Assembly (NCBI GenBank): GCA_965287045.1 | Contig: OZ336893.1 | Coordinates: 34,348,001 to 34,412,000 of the forward strand | From: Carcharhinus amblyrhynchos | Lineage: Eukaryota | DNA length: 64,000 nt | Direction: 5' to 3' | Shown here: one piece after another, positions 11,250 through 25,342 of the stretch | Layout: each line of letters begins with the position of its first letter | How positions within the stretch are numbered: position 1 is the stretch's first letter | Made by a program: the position numbers and the translations under genes | Notes under the pieces: generated by a model | Database searches by the model: none | What the model saw: only the letters and a program-made list of their open reading frames with translations | Told to the model about the DNA's origin: nothing

Positions 11250-13140
11250 ACACCAGCTTGCTAAATATGGGACTGTTTCGAACAGAAGTATTCAAAGGTC
11301 ACATGTCTTACAAGAACAGGGTGAAGAAAGAGTGTACGTGACAGATACTGGGTTAATAAATAAGTGAGAAGCAAGCTGGAGGAGATTCGGAAGGCAAGTG
11401 AAAAATAAAGGAAAAGCGTACAAGAAAAGATAAGTGAACCCAGAAATCTTCTACAGGCATATAAATATTAAATGAATGGTAAAAGGAGTCAAGTCAAATT
11501 GGGGAAACAAAGGAATTTACACAAGCACAAGAGATAATTGAGGGATTGAATGAATACTTTGCATCTGTCATTACCAAGGAAGATGATGCCAAAGTCATTG
11601 CAAAAGAGGTAGCCGAAACCACAATGAGCTAAAAATTGCTAGAGGTATTACAAAGGCAGGCTGTATTTAAATCAGTAAGTCACCAATACTGGACTGATGC
11701 ATCCAAGAATGTGGAGGAAAGCAAGATAGAAATTGCAAAGACAGTTTTTGTAATCTTTCAGTGCATTTTTGGTACAGAGGTGGCAAGATAGAACTGGAGA
11801 AAACAAAATGTTAAGTCCTTGCTCAAAACCCAAGGATAAACCTAGCAACTACAATTCTGCAATCAATTTGATCTCTTTGGGAGAAAGCTTTTAGAAACTG
11901 TAATCTGGCACTAAATTAGCAAAAGTGACTGGGAAAAAGTTGATTAAGGAGAGAAAGCACAGCGCACATCACCTTTAACAAACTTGATTTGAGCTTTTTT
12001 TGATGAGTTAACAGAGGATTATGAAGGTAATGTTGCTGATGTGGTGTACATGGGCTATGTTTGCAAGTGCCAGCAAAGTTGAAGTTCATGGAGTAAAATG
12101 GGCAGTGGAAACAAGTGTAACAGTGAATGGTTGTTTTTCAAACTGGCAGACGGTTTATAATGGGTTTCCTCAGGCATTTGTATTGGACTACTGTTTTTGA
12201 TTAATATTAATAACCTAGATTAAGGTGCACAGGACACAATTTCAGAATTTGCATATGATAAAACTTGAAGTGTTATAAAAAGAGGATGGCAGTGATAAGA
12301 CTTCAGGATGACAGGAAGGAATGGGTGGACTTGTGGCAGACGAAATTTGACGCATGGAAGCATGAAATGATACATTTTGGTACAAAAACAAGGAAAGGCA
12401 ATATAAACTAGAGGTATTTTTCTGAAGGTGTGCAGGATTTGGAGCAATGGATAAATGATTGAAGGTGGCATGACAGCTCGAGAAAGCAAAATGCAAACAG
12501 AATTCTAGGCTTTTTAAAAAGAGTGCAAAGGAAGTTATGGTGAGCCACCATTAAACATGGTTTGGCAGACTAATGTACCCATTTCAGGAATGGAGTGAAG
12601 TTGAGACGAAATAGAAATAGCTTGTGATGAGGATCTTTAGTCACGTGTAAATGTCAAAATCTGGCCATTCTCTTTAAAGACAAGCAGCTGAGAGGACACT
12701 TGATAGAAATATTCTAAACTATGAGGGGCCGTACAGAATAGATGCAGAAATGGCTGAAGGATCAAGAACCTACATAATGTTTACCAAGTGCTTGGATATG
12801 CACTTAGTCATGTTGGAATATACTATGGTCCCAAGAGCCAGAAGTGGAATTAGGCTGGATAGTTCCTGGTCAACTGGCACAGATGATAGATCAAAAAGTC
12901 TCTTGCATGCTATAAATCTCTACAAAAACTTAGAATCAGGTTAATTTTGAATGCACTGCCAAAGGTGGAGTCATCATTCGTGACTTTCAAAAGGGAACTG
13001 GATAATTAACTGAAGAGATAATGTATTGGACTACAGGATAAAAGGCAAACAGCAGGACTGGCCAAGTTGCTCTTGCAGTGAGATGGCACAGACAGCAGGC
13101 TGAATGGCCCTCTTTTTGCAGTCAATCCATTGTGATTCAG
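11250..13140 (+). mobile_element. Highly decayed CR1 LINE, ORF2 through 3' end
   Basis: Recognisable pieces: tgaatactttgcatctgtc, aagtcacca...atgcatccaag, gatgtggtgtacatgg, aatttgcatatgataaaacttg, and the 3' UTR gcaggctgaatggccctc. Confidence 0.75.
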
Positions 13141-16100
13141 TGGAGCTGAAAAGGTATTGCATGACACTAGAAATTTTAACTATTAAGGATGCAAGTGACA
13201 GACTAAAAACCATAAAACACAAACATCTCAACTTTTCCCCTTTTCCAAGGCAAGGTGAGGCAGAAGATAAACACTAAACTTAGTGTATGAACTTTGACCA
13301 AGACCTAAACTGACTTCTAAACAAAGAGTTTGATGATCAGTTGTACTCCTATTTGGATACATACTGGCCTTTGGCAATACCTGTACAATACTTTGTACAG
13401 TCGAAAATCACTTCACATCAACGTTGCACTCAGTGTGAATGTACTTTTTTAGATTAAGACAACGTAGGTGGATATAACAGCTGAACTGAAACATTAACCA
13501 CCCACAACATTTAGCTCCCTTAAGCTCATTAACTGTACAGATAGCCTCAGACAAAAACATTTAAAATGGATTATTGTTCATACTGGCTTACAATTTCACC
13601 ATCAGAAATCATTAAGTCATGTTTTAAAATTGTAGCCAATTCCCACTGATAAATCCAGAATTCTTTTGGCTTGTGAATCAGTAAAGGCAATTTGATTAAC
13701 ATTTGAAAATTTACCTTAGAATATTTTTAAATTGGTAATAAAAGGTGACTTTCATGATTCTCAGCTTATGTAGTTGGGTAAACTTAGAGTTTTAATGGTT
13801 CAAGAAATTCTTGCACTCATCTAGTGTCACATTTAGATTCAAAGTCAACTATTTACATATATTTTGAGGGAAGTGAAGTGTGTTTGCAGATGGCATTGTA
13901 CATTCTGCATTTGGAGCCACAAAGGCACAAGTGAGCAAAGGAACACTGATCAGAACAGGAAATGGGAAAGATACAGAAACTGAGAAGCCATGGTTGAAAG
14001 TTTAATATATCAGACCTTCAGCACTGACACTGCAGCTTGTCTTAATAAAAATGACTTTTGCACAAAATATTAAGTATCAAGGGTGCAAGTGGTGTGGATG
14101 GGTGGTAAAACATCTAGCCTTATTTTCCTCCTTTCCTAGGTAAGTAAGGTAGAAATAAAGGCATTTACAACACTAAATTGCAAAGTGTGAATTTCGACTC
14201 CTTGCTCTGCATTTGTATCGGCAAGTTAAAATCTCTCAACTTATTGAAATCCAAAGTTTGATGCAATGAGAAACAACTTGTCGTTATTTAAAACTTTGAA
14301 GCTAAACTATCAGTACAACTGAGGAACAAGTACAAACAAATTCCTGCATTTTAAAAGCTAGAAATGTTTGTAGCACAATGAAGCAGTCAATATGCTTTAA
14401 ACATTCTGATACAAGTTTTCTAGTAGACAAGTAATCTTAAGCATCACTAGCCTCAGGCATATATCCTCCACATCAATAGTTAATTCTTTATAAGAGTATT
14501 GCACTAGACATCGAGGTACATCTGCTCAGGAACTTAGCAGGGTGCCAACATTAGAGGGTTGGGGGAGGCAAAAAATTCTTGTTAAATTAAAAGAAACTGG
14601 TGACATTACAGGAATACTGGTTGCAATAATTTGGGATGCCTACAGTTTCTAATGCACATGTATATTCTATTCCTGCAGAATGTTTTTCAAACCTATAACT
14701 GCTTGCAGCAAAGCAATTCCAAAACATTTTGGTAGATTGGAGCAAACATCAAGTAACATCTAATCACAAATTCCTATAAATCCACTGGACTTCTCAACAC
14801 ATCCCACCTATTCTACATTTATTCAATTGATAATACAAGTTTTGCTAGTAAATTCTAATTTCCCCTCTTATTCTCAAGTTCATAAATTCTGGAAGCCAAA
14901 ACAAGAAAATATACTGTTTTCCAATCAACCATTTAAAAAAAAGTGTTAAAACTGCACAGCAATATCCAGTAAAGTTGACCATGCCCCAAAAGGGCAAGGA
15001 ACTGAGTCAACTGCAGCTTTAGAATCATTGTTAACCCGCAAAATCACTAACAAAAAGCCAAACCTACATCACCCCACCTTCATCGCCAAGAGAACTGTAG
15101 TTTGAGATATTTACATTGAATCCCCATTACTGCATGATCAAATTATCCAATATGGAAAGACCAGGAACCTGATTCCCAAGTCACAGTATCAGTTTCCTTA
15201 AATTAATCTTAAAGTTACACATTGCAGTGAAAGGATCCATATTCTTGGATCTAACCCAACACTAAAGTAGTGCATCAGCCCAATAGCTCATTTATAACTT
15301 AATATCCATTTGAATGATTAAAAGATTGGAGTTTGGCAGCACACTCAATCAATCCTGCAAGTGGACTAAGGAGGTGTGGTAAGAGAAAGAAAAGGAATTA
15401 ACTTTGGGTTGAACAGTGCATCATTTTCCACATCTGAGCTTGACGTGGCAGTCGGGAAGGTAAACAGATATCAGCTGAAGCTAAAATCAGAGCCAGACAG
15501 GAAAGTTCTAGTCTGTGCCAAAATTAAATTAGAGGTTTTGACACCTACAAGTTTTATTGAAGAGAGGTAGCGACAGTTGTTGGATCAACGGACAAGCTAG
15601 TGGAAAATGCTAATCAGGTGGATGAAACTGACATGGACACAGTCACGGATGGAACCCGAATGTACATCAAAAGTGGCTGCCTAGGTGTGGATGGGCAAGA
15701 CATTGGAGGCAGTTCACCAGTATGATTACAACCAGCTAGGCTTAAAATAAGAACCCCCAATGGGCTTTACTTTGAAAGGTATCCTTAACCAACAACCCAT
15801 TTGTTGTTGTTTTTCTTCAGACTCCTGAATGATCAAGAATGAGTCATGTGAACTACAAGCTATTACATTCTTCATCTTTGAAAAAAGTGGACTTAAGGTT
15901 TTATAGCTGACAAAATGTGCATCACACTTATCTTCAAGCCACTGGAAAATGTTAAAGGTAGTATTTCCCTCTATCCAAACTTTGTTTCTAAAGGCACGGA
16001 GACAAAACAGTGAAGCTGAGCGCTGAGCCAGGGAGATAAAAGAATTAGTTGCTGGTGGTGTTGAGACTCTGGATGACCAGATTTGGAGAAAGTCAAGTGG

Positions 16101-16164
16101 GAGGTTATAAAAATCTAGGAATTGATTGATGAGTATTTTTAAAAGGCAAACTATTGCAGATCTT

Positions 16165-16526
16165 AAAAACAAAAATGCTGGCTGGAGCAGCTCAGCAGAT
16201 CAGTGTTGAGTCTGGGTGACCCTTTGTCAGAGCTGAAAGCAAAGAAAATCAGATAGGATTAATGCTAGAGATTTATAACCTTCAGGGCAACTGCCACATT
16301 CCTCAGGTAGCCATCTGTACCGCCATTCACACTTTTGTATCACTTAGGTGTTAAAAGGGCCCATTTCTTAACCTTCATCATCATCATTTACATTTCCCAT
16401 GTCTCATTAAACAACCCCACCCCCACCGCACCCTCAGTATAAATCTTCTGATTTTCTTTGCTTTCAGTTCTGACGTGGGATTATCAGATGCTGTCAGACT
16501 GCTGAGATTTTCCAGCATTTTCTGTT
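16165..16526. mobile_element. Penelope-like remnant with inverted terminal arms (second family), hammerhead cores mutated
   Basis: gtcagagctgaaagcaaagaaaatcaga (~16226-16253) is inverted to tctgattttctttgctttcagttctgac (~16447-16474); outer ends aaaaatgctgg / ccagcatttt. Confidence 0.6.
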
Positions 16527-16739
16527 GAGTATTTTACTCATTTTGCTCATTTGTCTTTAAATACTGGTACAATTTATTATTAACTAAGATTTTCTTTATA
16601 AATTTTTGGGAATAGCAGTGAAGCTTGTTGGGAGCAGTTGTGTTTTTAATCAAAGACAGAACTAAAATGAAAAGCAAAAAACATGTAATTAAAAATGTAC
16701 AAGTTGTAGGTGGTACTAGCTTTAATAAGCACAGTAAAT

Positions 16740-19725
16740 TGACTAAGTTAATTAAATAATTAAACTACTGTAACAAAGGCTGAACAGGTTTTAAGCTGCA
16801 ACTGTGGAACGTGGGAGCTTCTAGGCACCCAGGCAATTCAGGACAAAACTCCAGGAAGTATAAGCAGCTAGAGAAAGTCCACACCAGCTTCTTGATCTGA
16901 TAGCCAAACTGCAGACACTCTACAAAAGGGAGGGGGAGAAATACCAAGACACTTTGTCCCAGAAGATGGTCATCTCTCTTCGAATGATTGCTTTTGTAGA
17001 GAAGGGATAGAAGATTTGGTCAAGAATAAAGCAGCTACAGGGGCCAAGCCAAAAACAAAAGGAAGAGGAATCTCAGACTTTGCAATTGGCAAACTGGCAT
17101 GAGGTGCTCACAACATGTGGACAAAAATTAAGACGGCAGGATGGATGAGCAAGCTAGTCACAGCACCTTGGTATAGGAAGTCGCCCAAGGAGAGACGACC
17201 AAAAGGAATGCAGTGGTAGGAGACAGTACAGCCAGAGGGATTAATCTGTTCTTTGCAGCAAACAGCAAGAGTCAGCTCAGGTGCCTGCCCAACGTCAAGA
17301 CATTTGTTCAGGACTGGAGAGGGAGGTCCAGTATATATATTCCAGTATATCCATCGTGGTATATTTAAGTACCAATGACACTGGCAGGACAAAGAAAGGG
17401 CAGGCACCAAATTAAGCAGAACCTCAAAAAGTAGTAATCATTCAGATTATTGCGAGTTGTATGCAAATTGCAGAAGGCAAGTAAGATGAGGGAAGTGGAT
17501 ACATGGCTCAAAGGCTGGTGAGAGAAGTGGCTTCCGGTTCACGGGTCACTCATCAGTACTTGAAAAATGGGGGCTGTACTGTTGGGATGATCCGCACCTA
17601 AACTGTCTGTACTGGGGCCAGTGTCCTAGCAACTAGGAAAATAGGAAAGGGCTTTAAAACAAACAAGGGGGAGGTGCAGCAAATCAAGGAGTAAAATCAA
17701 GGCAGGTGAGCAAAACAGTAACGTAGGAAATGATAAGAGTGTGGCAGGAATTGCAAAAAACCAAGAATACACCACAAGTCAAGATTAGATGGCATAAAGG
17801 TAACAAAAGACAAATCTGAACAGTGCTCAAAGTAAATGAATTGACAGTGCATATCAAGATATATAAATATGATCTGATAGTCAGTAGAGACAAAGCTGCA
17901 GGATGATTGGATCCTGAATGTTGAGGGTTGTCACATTCAGGAAGATTAGGAAACCAGGTAAAGGTAGCACTATTAATTAATTAATTATTGCACCAATGCC
18001 ATCTTTAAAGATGACCTTGGTTGAGGAAATCAGGGTATAGAATTGGGTTTTGGTGGAGGTGGGGAATAGTCAAGGATGAGTCTACAGATTATCCCCCAAC
18101 AGTAACCACAATGTACACAACTAGTGGGAATTGTGATAAAGGGACAGTAATAATCATGGGAGATTTTAATCTAAATATAAACTGTAAGAAATCAGTTTCT
18201 TAGACCAGCATGTTCTGGAACAAACTGGAGAGCAGGTTATATTAGACTTGGTAATGTGACAGGGTTAATGAATGACCTCAGAGTAAAGGCAGGCCTGGGT
18301 AGCAGTGACTGCAATATGATCGAATTTTACATCCAATTTGAAGGGAAGGAGAGTGGGTCTAAGACCAACACCTTAAACATGCCCAACTATGTGGACAAGA
18401 AAGCTGAGCTAGCTGAAGTGGGACAAAAGGCTGGAGGTTAGATCAAATCAGAAGCATTGGCAGGCCTCAGGGGATATTAAGGCAACATTTTAGAATACTC
18501 ATTAAGTTCCCACTACAAAGAAAAATCTCAAGGGGCATACCCAACATCCATGGTTAACTCAAAGCTAAGTATCAAACTTAAAAGATGAGTGGTAGGTCAG
18601 GTGATTGGTCAGAATATAACAGGAGTGAATGACTAAAAGAACAAACAGAACAGTACAGCACAGGAAACAGGCCCTTCAGCCTCCAAGCCTGTGCTGTGCA
18701 TTGGTCCAACTAGACCATTCATCTACATCCCTCCATTCCCAGGCTGCTCATTGACTATCCAGACACATTCTTTCAGATCATTTATATACATCACAAATAG
18801 AAAGGTTATCGGAGAAAAAAGTTGAATACAAGAGAAAGCAGCTAGGAATGTAAAAGTGCTAATATCTCTACACATTTAAAAAGGGGAAGTATTAAGTAAA
18901 GTGAGTGTTGGCCTTAGAGTCACAACTGGATAAATGAAAGCAAAGAAACAGCAGAGATAGTGAACAAATATTTTGCTCGTCTTCACTATAGAGGTAAAAA
19001 ACTGCAGTAACTATAAATGTTGAGGAAATAAAATATGTTGTGAAGAGGAGGGGGGTTGCAGATAGGTTGAATGAACGGGCAGAAATTTGGCAAAGTAATA
19101 CTCTGCATTTTCTCACATTAATAAACAGAATGCTGCAGAAGAACCAAGGTGTTCTCACGCACAAATCACAAAAAGGTTAGCATGCAGGTAGAGAAATTAA
19201 AGCTAATGGAATTCTATTCTTTATTAAGAGATGGATTGAACATAAAAGGCAGGCTCTTATGCTTTCGTTATACAGGGCATTGACGAGCACATCTTGAATA
19301 CTGTGCGCAGTTTAGACTCCTTATTTAAGGAAGATGTAAATACATTGGAGACAATTCAGATTTAATAGATTGATAATCTGCTCACTCCAGATATCTGAGG
19401 AAAGGCTGGATCAACTGGGCTTGTTTCTACTGGAGTTGAGAGTGGGTGACTTGATTAAGATCCAAGATACATAATCTGAAATGGTCTTGATAAGGTGGGC
19501 ATGGAAAAGAGGCTCTCTTGTGCCAATCTCCAGACCTAGGGGGCATTGTTTTAAAGTTAAGGTCTCCCTTTAGGACAGGGATAAGGTTTTTTTTCCTGAG
19601 TTGACACACTTTGGTACTCCCTGCCTCAGAAAGTGGTGTGCACGTGCACATGTGTACAGATCAGCCATGATCTTATTGAATGGCAGAACAGGCTTGAGGG
19701 GCTTAATAGCCTATTCTGTACGTAC
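16740..19725 (+). mobile_element. Long decayed CR1 LINE (ORF1 remnant, ORF2 endonuclease and RT remnants, 3' UTR)
   Basis: Peptide remnants IIMGDFNLNINC and LGSSDCNMIEFYIQFE; 3' end cagatcagccatgatcttattgaatggcagaacaggcttgagggg; a short opposite-strand CR1 tail is nested at ~18640-18765. Confidence 0.8.
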
Positions 19726-20423
19726 CCACCATATGCTTATAAGCTGAAAAAGTTTGAAATGCATATATGTAGACTGCGCAAAGAACAAGCTTCACAAAAT
19801 TAGTCTTGGGTGAAAAAAATTGCACAAATGAAGTGTATACTCACTATGTGCCACTCACTCAGGTTTAATGAGCCTGCAGGTTAAAATGACTAAGCATTGA
19901 AATTTTACACTTCATCTGTCACCTTCAAAACTAATTAATGGCAGGAAGATTTGATTTGCAGAGCACATTTCTCAGACTAGAGCAAAACCCACCAACTCAG
20001 CAAAATTGAAGTGCAAATGTCTGAATAAAAAGTTCTAATTTATTTTCTGGCCCATGTAATCAGCCCTTACAACACAAATAATTTAACTTCTTTCAAATCA
20101 ATCTAGCAATGTTCGCCAATTGCTCAAAATACTGAAATCTATCACCACTTTTCTATTGGCTGCAAGTGATTTATTAAGGGAAGATGCAAGATGACAGAAC
20201 TGGCCATTTATTAGCAAGTTCTGTCAAAACAGACTTGTCAAAAACAAAAGAAATCAGAAAAATGCATTACAAGACACTTTTTAAATAAGTGGATTTGGAC
20301 TTTTTCCCCCAAGGCTGCATGTTATACTTCCTTCAATATGGTCCCTCCCACCTGGTAAGACTAAGTCACTCCACCCAGCAAAAACAGGGCAGCTGAGAAA
20401 TTAAAACCACTATTTCTGCTTTA

Positions 20424-20745
20424 ATAAGAACATAAGAAATAGAGGAGTAGGCCATCTGGCCCTTCGAGCCTGCCCCACCATTCAATAAGATCATGGCTGA
20501 TCTGTCGTGGCTCAGTTCCACATTCCCGCCCTCTCCCCATAACCCTTAATCCCCTCCACCACTTCAACAGGCAGAGAATTCCAGAGATTCACCACCCTTT
20601 GAGTGAAGAAGTTCTTCCTCAACTCCGTTCTAAACCAGCACCCCCCCCCCTCTTTATCTTGAGGCTGTGCCCCCTAGTCCTACTGTCCTTTGAGCGGGAA
20701 GAGCCTCTCCACCTCTATCCTATCCATCCCATTCATCATCTTATA
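20424..20745 (-). mobile_element. Young CR1 3' end with internal deletions, same subfamily as 2761-3580
   Basis: Near-identical to 2761-3133, starting ataagaacataagaaatag. Confidence 0.92.
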
Positions 20746-20784
20746 ATGTTGCTGACCAACTCATGAACACTAGCAAATCAAGGT

Positions 20785-21160
20785 CAGTCAAAGTCACATG
20801 GCACAGAAAAGGCCCTTGCGTTTAAACCAATAATAACTACCATTAAAGCCACACTAATTCCATTTTCCAGCATTTGTCCCATAGCGTTGAATGTTGCGTT
20901 ACAAGTGCTCATCCAAATACTTTTTAAAGATAAGGTTTCCAGCCTCCACTCTCTTCCCAAGCACTGCATTCCAGATTCCCACCTTCAACTTTTTCCTCAA
21001 ATTCCCTCAATCTCCTACCCCTTGCTATTTGGCCCCTCAACCAAGGGAAAGAGCTGCTTCCGATCCACTGTCCATCCCTTCAATCATGTCCCCCTCAGCT
21101 TTCTCTGCACTCAAGAAAATATTCCAAGCCTATCCAGTCTCCTTAAATTCAAATGCTTCT
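20785..21160 (-). mobile_element. Old CR1 3' fragment
   Basis: catggcacagaaaaggccctt tail, gcattccagattccc, gaaaatattccaagcctatccagtctc. Confidence 0.7.
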
Positions 21161-21507
21161 TTGGATCTTTTTAGAATCTCCGTTCATTCACCTTGATGGA
21201 AGTTCTGCTCAAAGCAATTGTAATAGCATTGTGGGCAAATGGAAGCACTGTTAAGGACACTAAATTGCAGGCAACGTGGTCATAAAAGGGTCTGTATTTC
21301 TTGGATATACTTTTGAGCACAGATTAATTGTTCTAGATTTTTCTCATCTTGTCTCACCATGGATAAACAGTTAACATGGATGTCCCATTGTCTCTTAGAA
21401 AAGGAGTAGAAACAGTCTCTTCAACCAGGAAGAGCCAACAGGCTGGCAAGATCAAATGCTTACACCCCACCCAGAACGTTGCGCTGACAAGCCAATGGAG
21501 GTTTAAG

Positions 21508-21830
21508 AACCATAGAAAATTACAGCTCAAACAGGTCTTTTAGCCCTTCTTGTCTGTGCTGAACCATTTTTTTGCCTAGTCCCCACTGACCTGCACTTGG
21601 GCCACATCCCTCCACACCCTTCTCATCCATGAGCCCATCCAAGTTTTTTTTAAAATGTTAAAAAAGTGACCCCGCATTTACTACTTTATCTGGCAGCTCA
21701 TTCCACACTCCCATCACTGTGTGAAGAATTCCCACCTAACAGGCCCTTTAAACTTTTCTCCTTTCACCCTTAACCCATGCCCTCTGATTTTCTTTTTTCT
21801 CCTCTAGCCTCAGTGGGAAAAGGTTTCTTG
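21508..21830 (-). mobile_element. CR1 3' fragment of a different subfamily
   Basis: aaccatagaaaattacagc tail, gcagctcattccacactcccatcactgtgtgaagaa. Confidence 0.75.
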
Positions 21831-22129
21831 GACATCCAGGGGACAGTGCGTGAAATGCTGACTTCGAACAGACTATTGCCAAAGTCACTTGTAATAGTCG
21901 CCAATGGTCTTTAAACGCCATACAGGGAAACATCAGTGTTCATCACAAGTCAGCAGTCCAAAAATTTATCAAGGCCACCAATGCCTTATTTGCAAAGACC
22001 AAATGACGTACAACATGTTCCTACGTCAGTTAAAATGAGCATGCTGTGGAATTTGCTGCAATGGCTGGCCTCCCTCAACTTCACAGGGTTACAGACTGCA
22101 CCCACGAGCCATCAAGTCACCTGAAGAGT

Positions 22130-22425
22130 AGCCATAAAATCCCTACTGTGCAGAAGGCCATCATCTGGCCCATCGAGGCTGCATCGGCAACAGTTCCATC
22201 CAGGGCCTATCCATAAACATATTGATAATCTCTTTGACATCAAGGGTCAATTTAGCATGGTCAGTTGGCCTAAGCCGCATATCTTTGAAATGCAGGAGGA
22301 AACCTATGCAGACACAGGGAGACGTGCAAACTCCACGCAGTCACCTGAGGCTGGAACTGAATCTGGGTACCTGGAGCCGGATATAACATGCAGCATTGAG
22401 ACAGTAATGCTAACCACTGCGCCAC
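22130..22425 (-). mobile_element. tRNA-derived SINE (HE1-like)
   Basis: atccctactgtgcagaaggcc tail, caatttagcatgg, gtgcaaactccac, gctaaccactgcgccac head. Confidence 0.82.
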
Positions 22426-24261
22426 GAGCAACTCTTGTTAACAAGGAGCTGCATTCCAATAGTATCCAGTTGTGACTGTCATCAACTGCATTATGATTTT
22501 TATACTGTTGTAACCACAAGAATATCGATCTTAAAAATTTACATTCGCATAGTGCCTTACACAAGTCTTGCCATAGTTGACTACAGGAAATCTTCTCTAA
22601 TTTAACAAAGCATAGTGGAGCCATACTTGTCAGGGCATCTTGAAATGTACTTCATACCCTAAATAATTAATGTACATTTACATATAGGAAAAAATATGCC
22701 TGTTCCTTTGTGAAATAACCCACGATGTGAAATAAATTGTAGATCAGCCAGCTCTAACTCCTCAGTTCACCGAGTTTGACCACGTGCAGTGCTTATTTTT
22801 GACTATTTAGTTTCAGCATTTACAATGCAGTACATTCCTGCAGGCGTCACAGCAATGGTTTAAGCAAAAAACTTCAAAGAAATGCTTTGAGAAAAAAATC
22901 TCTGGCCTCTCAAGTCCAGTTAGGATTTAAGGTGACACCGAATTAGTCCATTAAGGGAATGGAAACAGCTTGGCGTATGTCAATGTCAAGTGCCTTTTGA
23001 TCAACTGCTTCTTCATTTCTGCTTTAATCAGTCACCCTCAGCTGCAACTCATGCTAAATTCTTCACTTCATGTCAATCTCTGGGGATACACCAGTTTCAG
23101 CACATCAATAATAGACAAACCCACCAACAGGAAATGGAAGATGCACCTGGCATGGAGTTTGAACAGTACCTTGTTGGAATAATAAATTCAGAAGGCCAGT
23201 CATTGATTTTCTGTTTATTGATGCATTTAATTGGTTTTCAGCATGCAGCATTTACTTCACAAAAGGGAAGGGAGCCAATCAAAAATTGTATTAGATGCTA
23301 TGGATGATGGGTAATGTAATTTGGGAGCTACAGGGAATAGATCACATGTATTACAGATGCACTTAGGGCTGAGTGTGATTTTGAAACAGACCAGAGACAG
23401 GAGCTGGCCACATTTAGATTTCACAGTAATTAAAATAAAGGATGGACAGAGACGCTTACATTTGAGGATATAAAACAAAGCACAAATCAGGCCAGTTACA
23501 TACCTTGCCCAATTTTCTTCTCAAGTCAAAGGATGAAGAAAATCAGATGGACCATTTAACAGGCAGTAGACCCACTCCTGTTATATATCTCAAATGTTGA
23601 ATCTACACTTGACTTCTATCCTGACAGGATTGGTATCAACCAAACTTGCCCTGCAGAACTAGACTTTTGCCAGTTCGCATTTTCAATGCATTTCTCCACA
23701 CACACCCCCTCCCCACCAAAGTCAGATTTTTTAAAAAAGACTGCTACTTTAATCTGGCAAGACAGTCCTGGGATTTAAATAAGTGTAAGAGGTTTCATGC
23801 AAATTGAGGGAATGCACCCTTTTGTATTACAACAATGACTACATTTCATAAGTGTTAATTTGCTGTAAACTGCCTTGAAACATCAAGGTTGTGAAAGGCT
23901 CTAAATATTATAGGGATAGGCCAGCAAGTAAATTTAATATTTGCAATATTTCTCAATACTTGGACTCAGCACAAATACTGGAAGCAGATAACCATTTTCA
24001 GCACGACTACCTGAAACATGCCCAAGGTTTCCCAATTGTGCTAGTTTCCATGTAGATGGCTGGTTCGTTTTCTTCACCATCATGGTTGCCTCCATACCGT
24101 TGTATCCCCACAGCACGTACAATATTGTTTGAGTGTTTATGCACAAGAATATCAGGGTTAGCCTTCTGAAATATTTGTTTCAATTGAGACCCCCAGATTG
24201 AGGAGTACGTCTGAGTGTAGCTTATAGTGTTGGCCATTCTCAAATGAATCACAAAAAAGAG

Positions 24262-24535
24262 TGGGCACTGTGGCAGTGGTTAGGAATGTGCCTCAGTGCC
24301 AGAGATCCAGGTTTGGTTCCTGGCTTGGGTCAGTCTGTGGAGTTTGCACATTCTCCCCAAATGCTCTGGTTTCCTCCCACACTCAATGTGCAGGTTAGAT
24401 GGATTGGCCATGCTAAAATTGTCCCCTAGTGTCAGGGGATTAGCTTGGGTAAACATGTGATTATGGAGATAGGGTCTGGTGGAATTGTGGTTTGTGTAGA
24501 CAGAATGGGCTGAATGGCCTCCTTCTGCACTGTAT
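24262..24535 (+). mobile_element. tRNA-derived SINE (HE1-like)
   Basis: gcagtggttag head, gtggagtttgcacattctcccc core, gggctgaatggcctccttctgcactgta CR1-like tail. Confidence 0.85.
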
Positions 24536-25225
24536 AACTAAAACTTTGCAATACGGGTTTTGCTCACGCTTCTCAAAAGTTTCAAGAAATATTTTAACAA
24601 GGTGGTCATGATCACTGTCCAAGTGATGCTTAATCTGACTATTAAAATGAAATAGGGGAAGTGCTCATGTCAATCCAGATCAAGGCAGAAAATAAACATC
24701 TAATAGTGTCATTTTGAAAGTTATACAGACACTTCAGGGACCAAAAGGCTAGTCAGAGAAAAACAGACTCCACTGGTCTGGTGTTTTTTTTCTCCTGATG
24801 TTGTTGCGCCAAAGGAAACATATTTAACTAAAGTTATACTGATCAGGAATATCAAGTGTAGACAAGTTACCTCATTCCATCTGCATGGCACAAATAATGT
24901 CAGTCATTTGTGTAACATTTGCAGAAACAGCTGATGGAAGTAGTTAAGGATAACCCACCCACACAACAACTGGAGGTTCCTCTGTTGGAGGGATTTGCAA
25001 GCTAGGTTGCATCAATTCTCTTTCTCTACCAAAAAGCTTTTATGAACTAGGAGAAATGCCTGAGGGTAAATTTCTCAAGTACATGGAAATCCTTGTCAGA
25101 ATTTTTTTAAAACTTTTATCCTCCCAATCTAAACAATTTTAGCAGCATTAAACACTTCTCCCAAAAACATTCTGTAGTCATCCACTCAGTAAGCCAGATC
25201 TAGACATGCTGTTTAGTGGTCTTAC

Positions 25226-25342
25226 CTTCTTTTTGTCCCGCATTGAACTTTTTCCTCTGACCATGATCTTGCAACCAGTCTCTGCTTCCAGCTGTTTTGC
25301 TGTGAGCCCTCTTGGGCCAAGGATTCTGCCAACAAAGTTAAA
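25226..25342 (-). CDS. QKI: Quaking coding exon 3, KH domain with GxxG loop (GPRG)
   Basis: Translates [39 protein letters not shown]; acceptor ttttcttcctcAG, donor GTaaga; 117 nt, phase 0-0. Confidence 0.97.
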
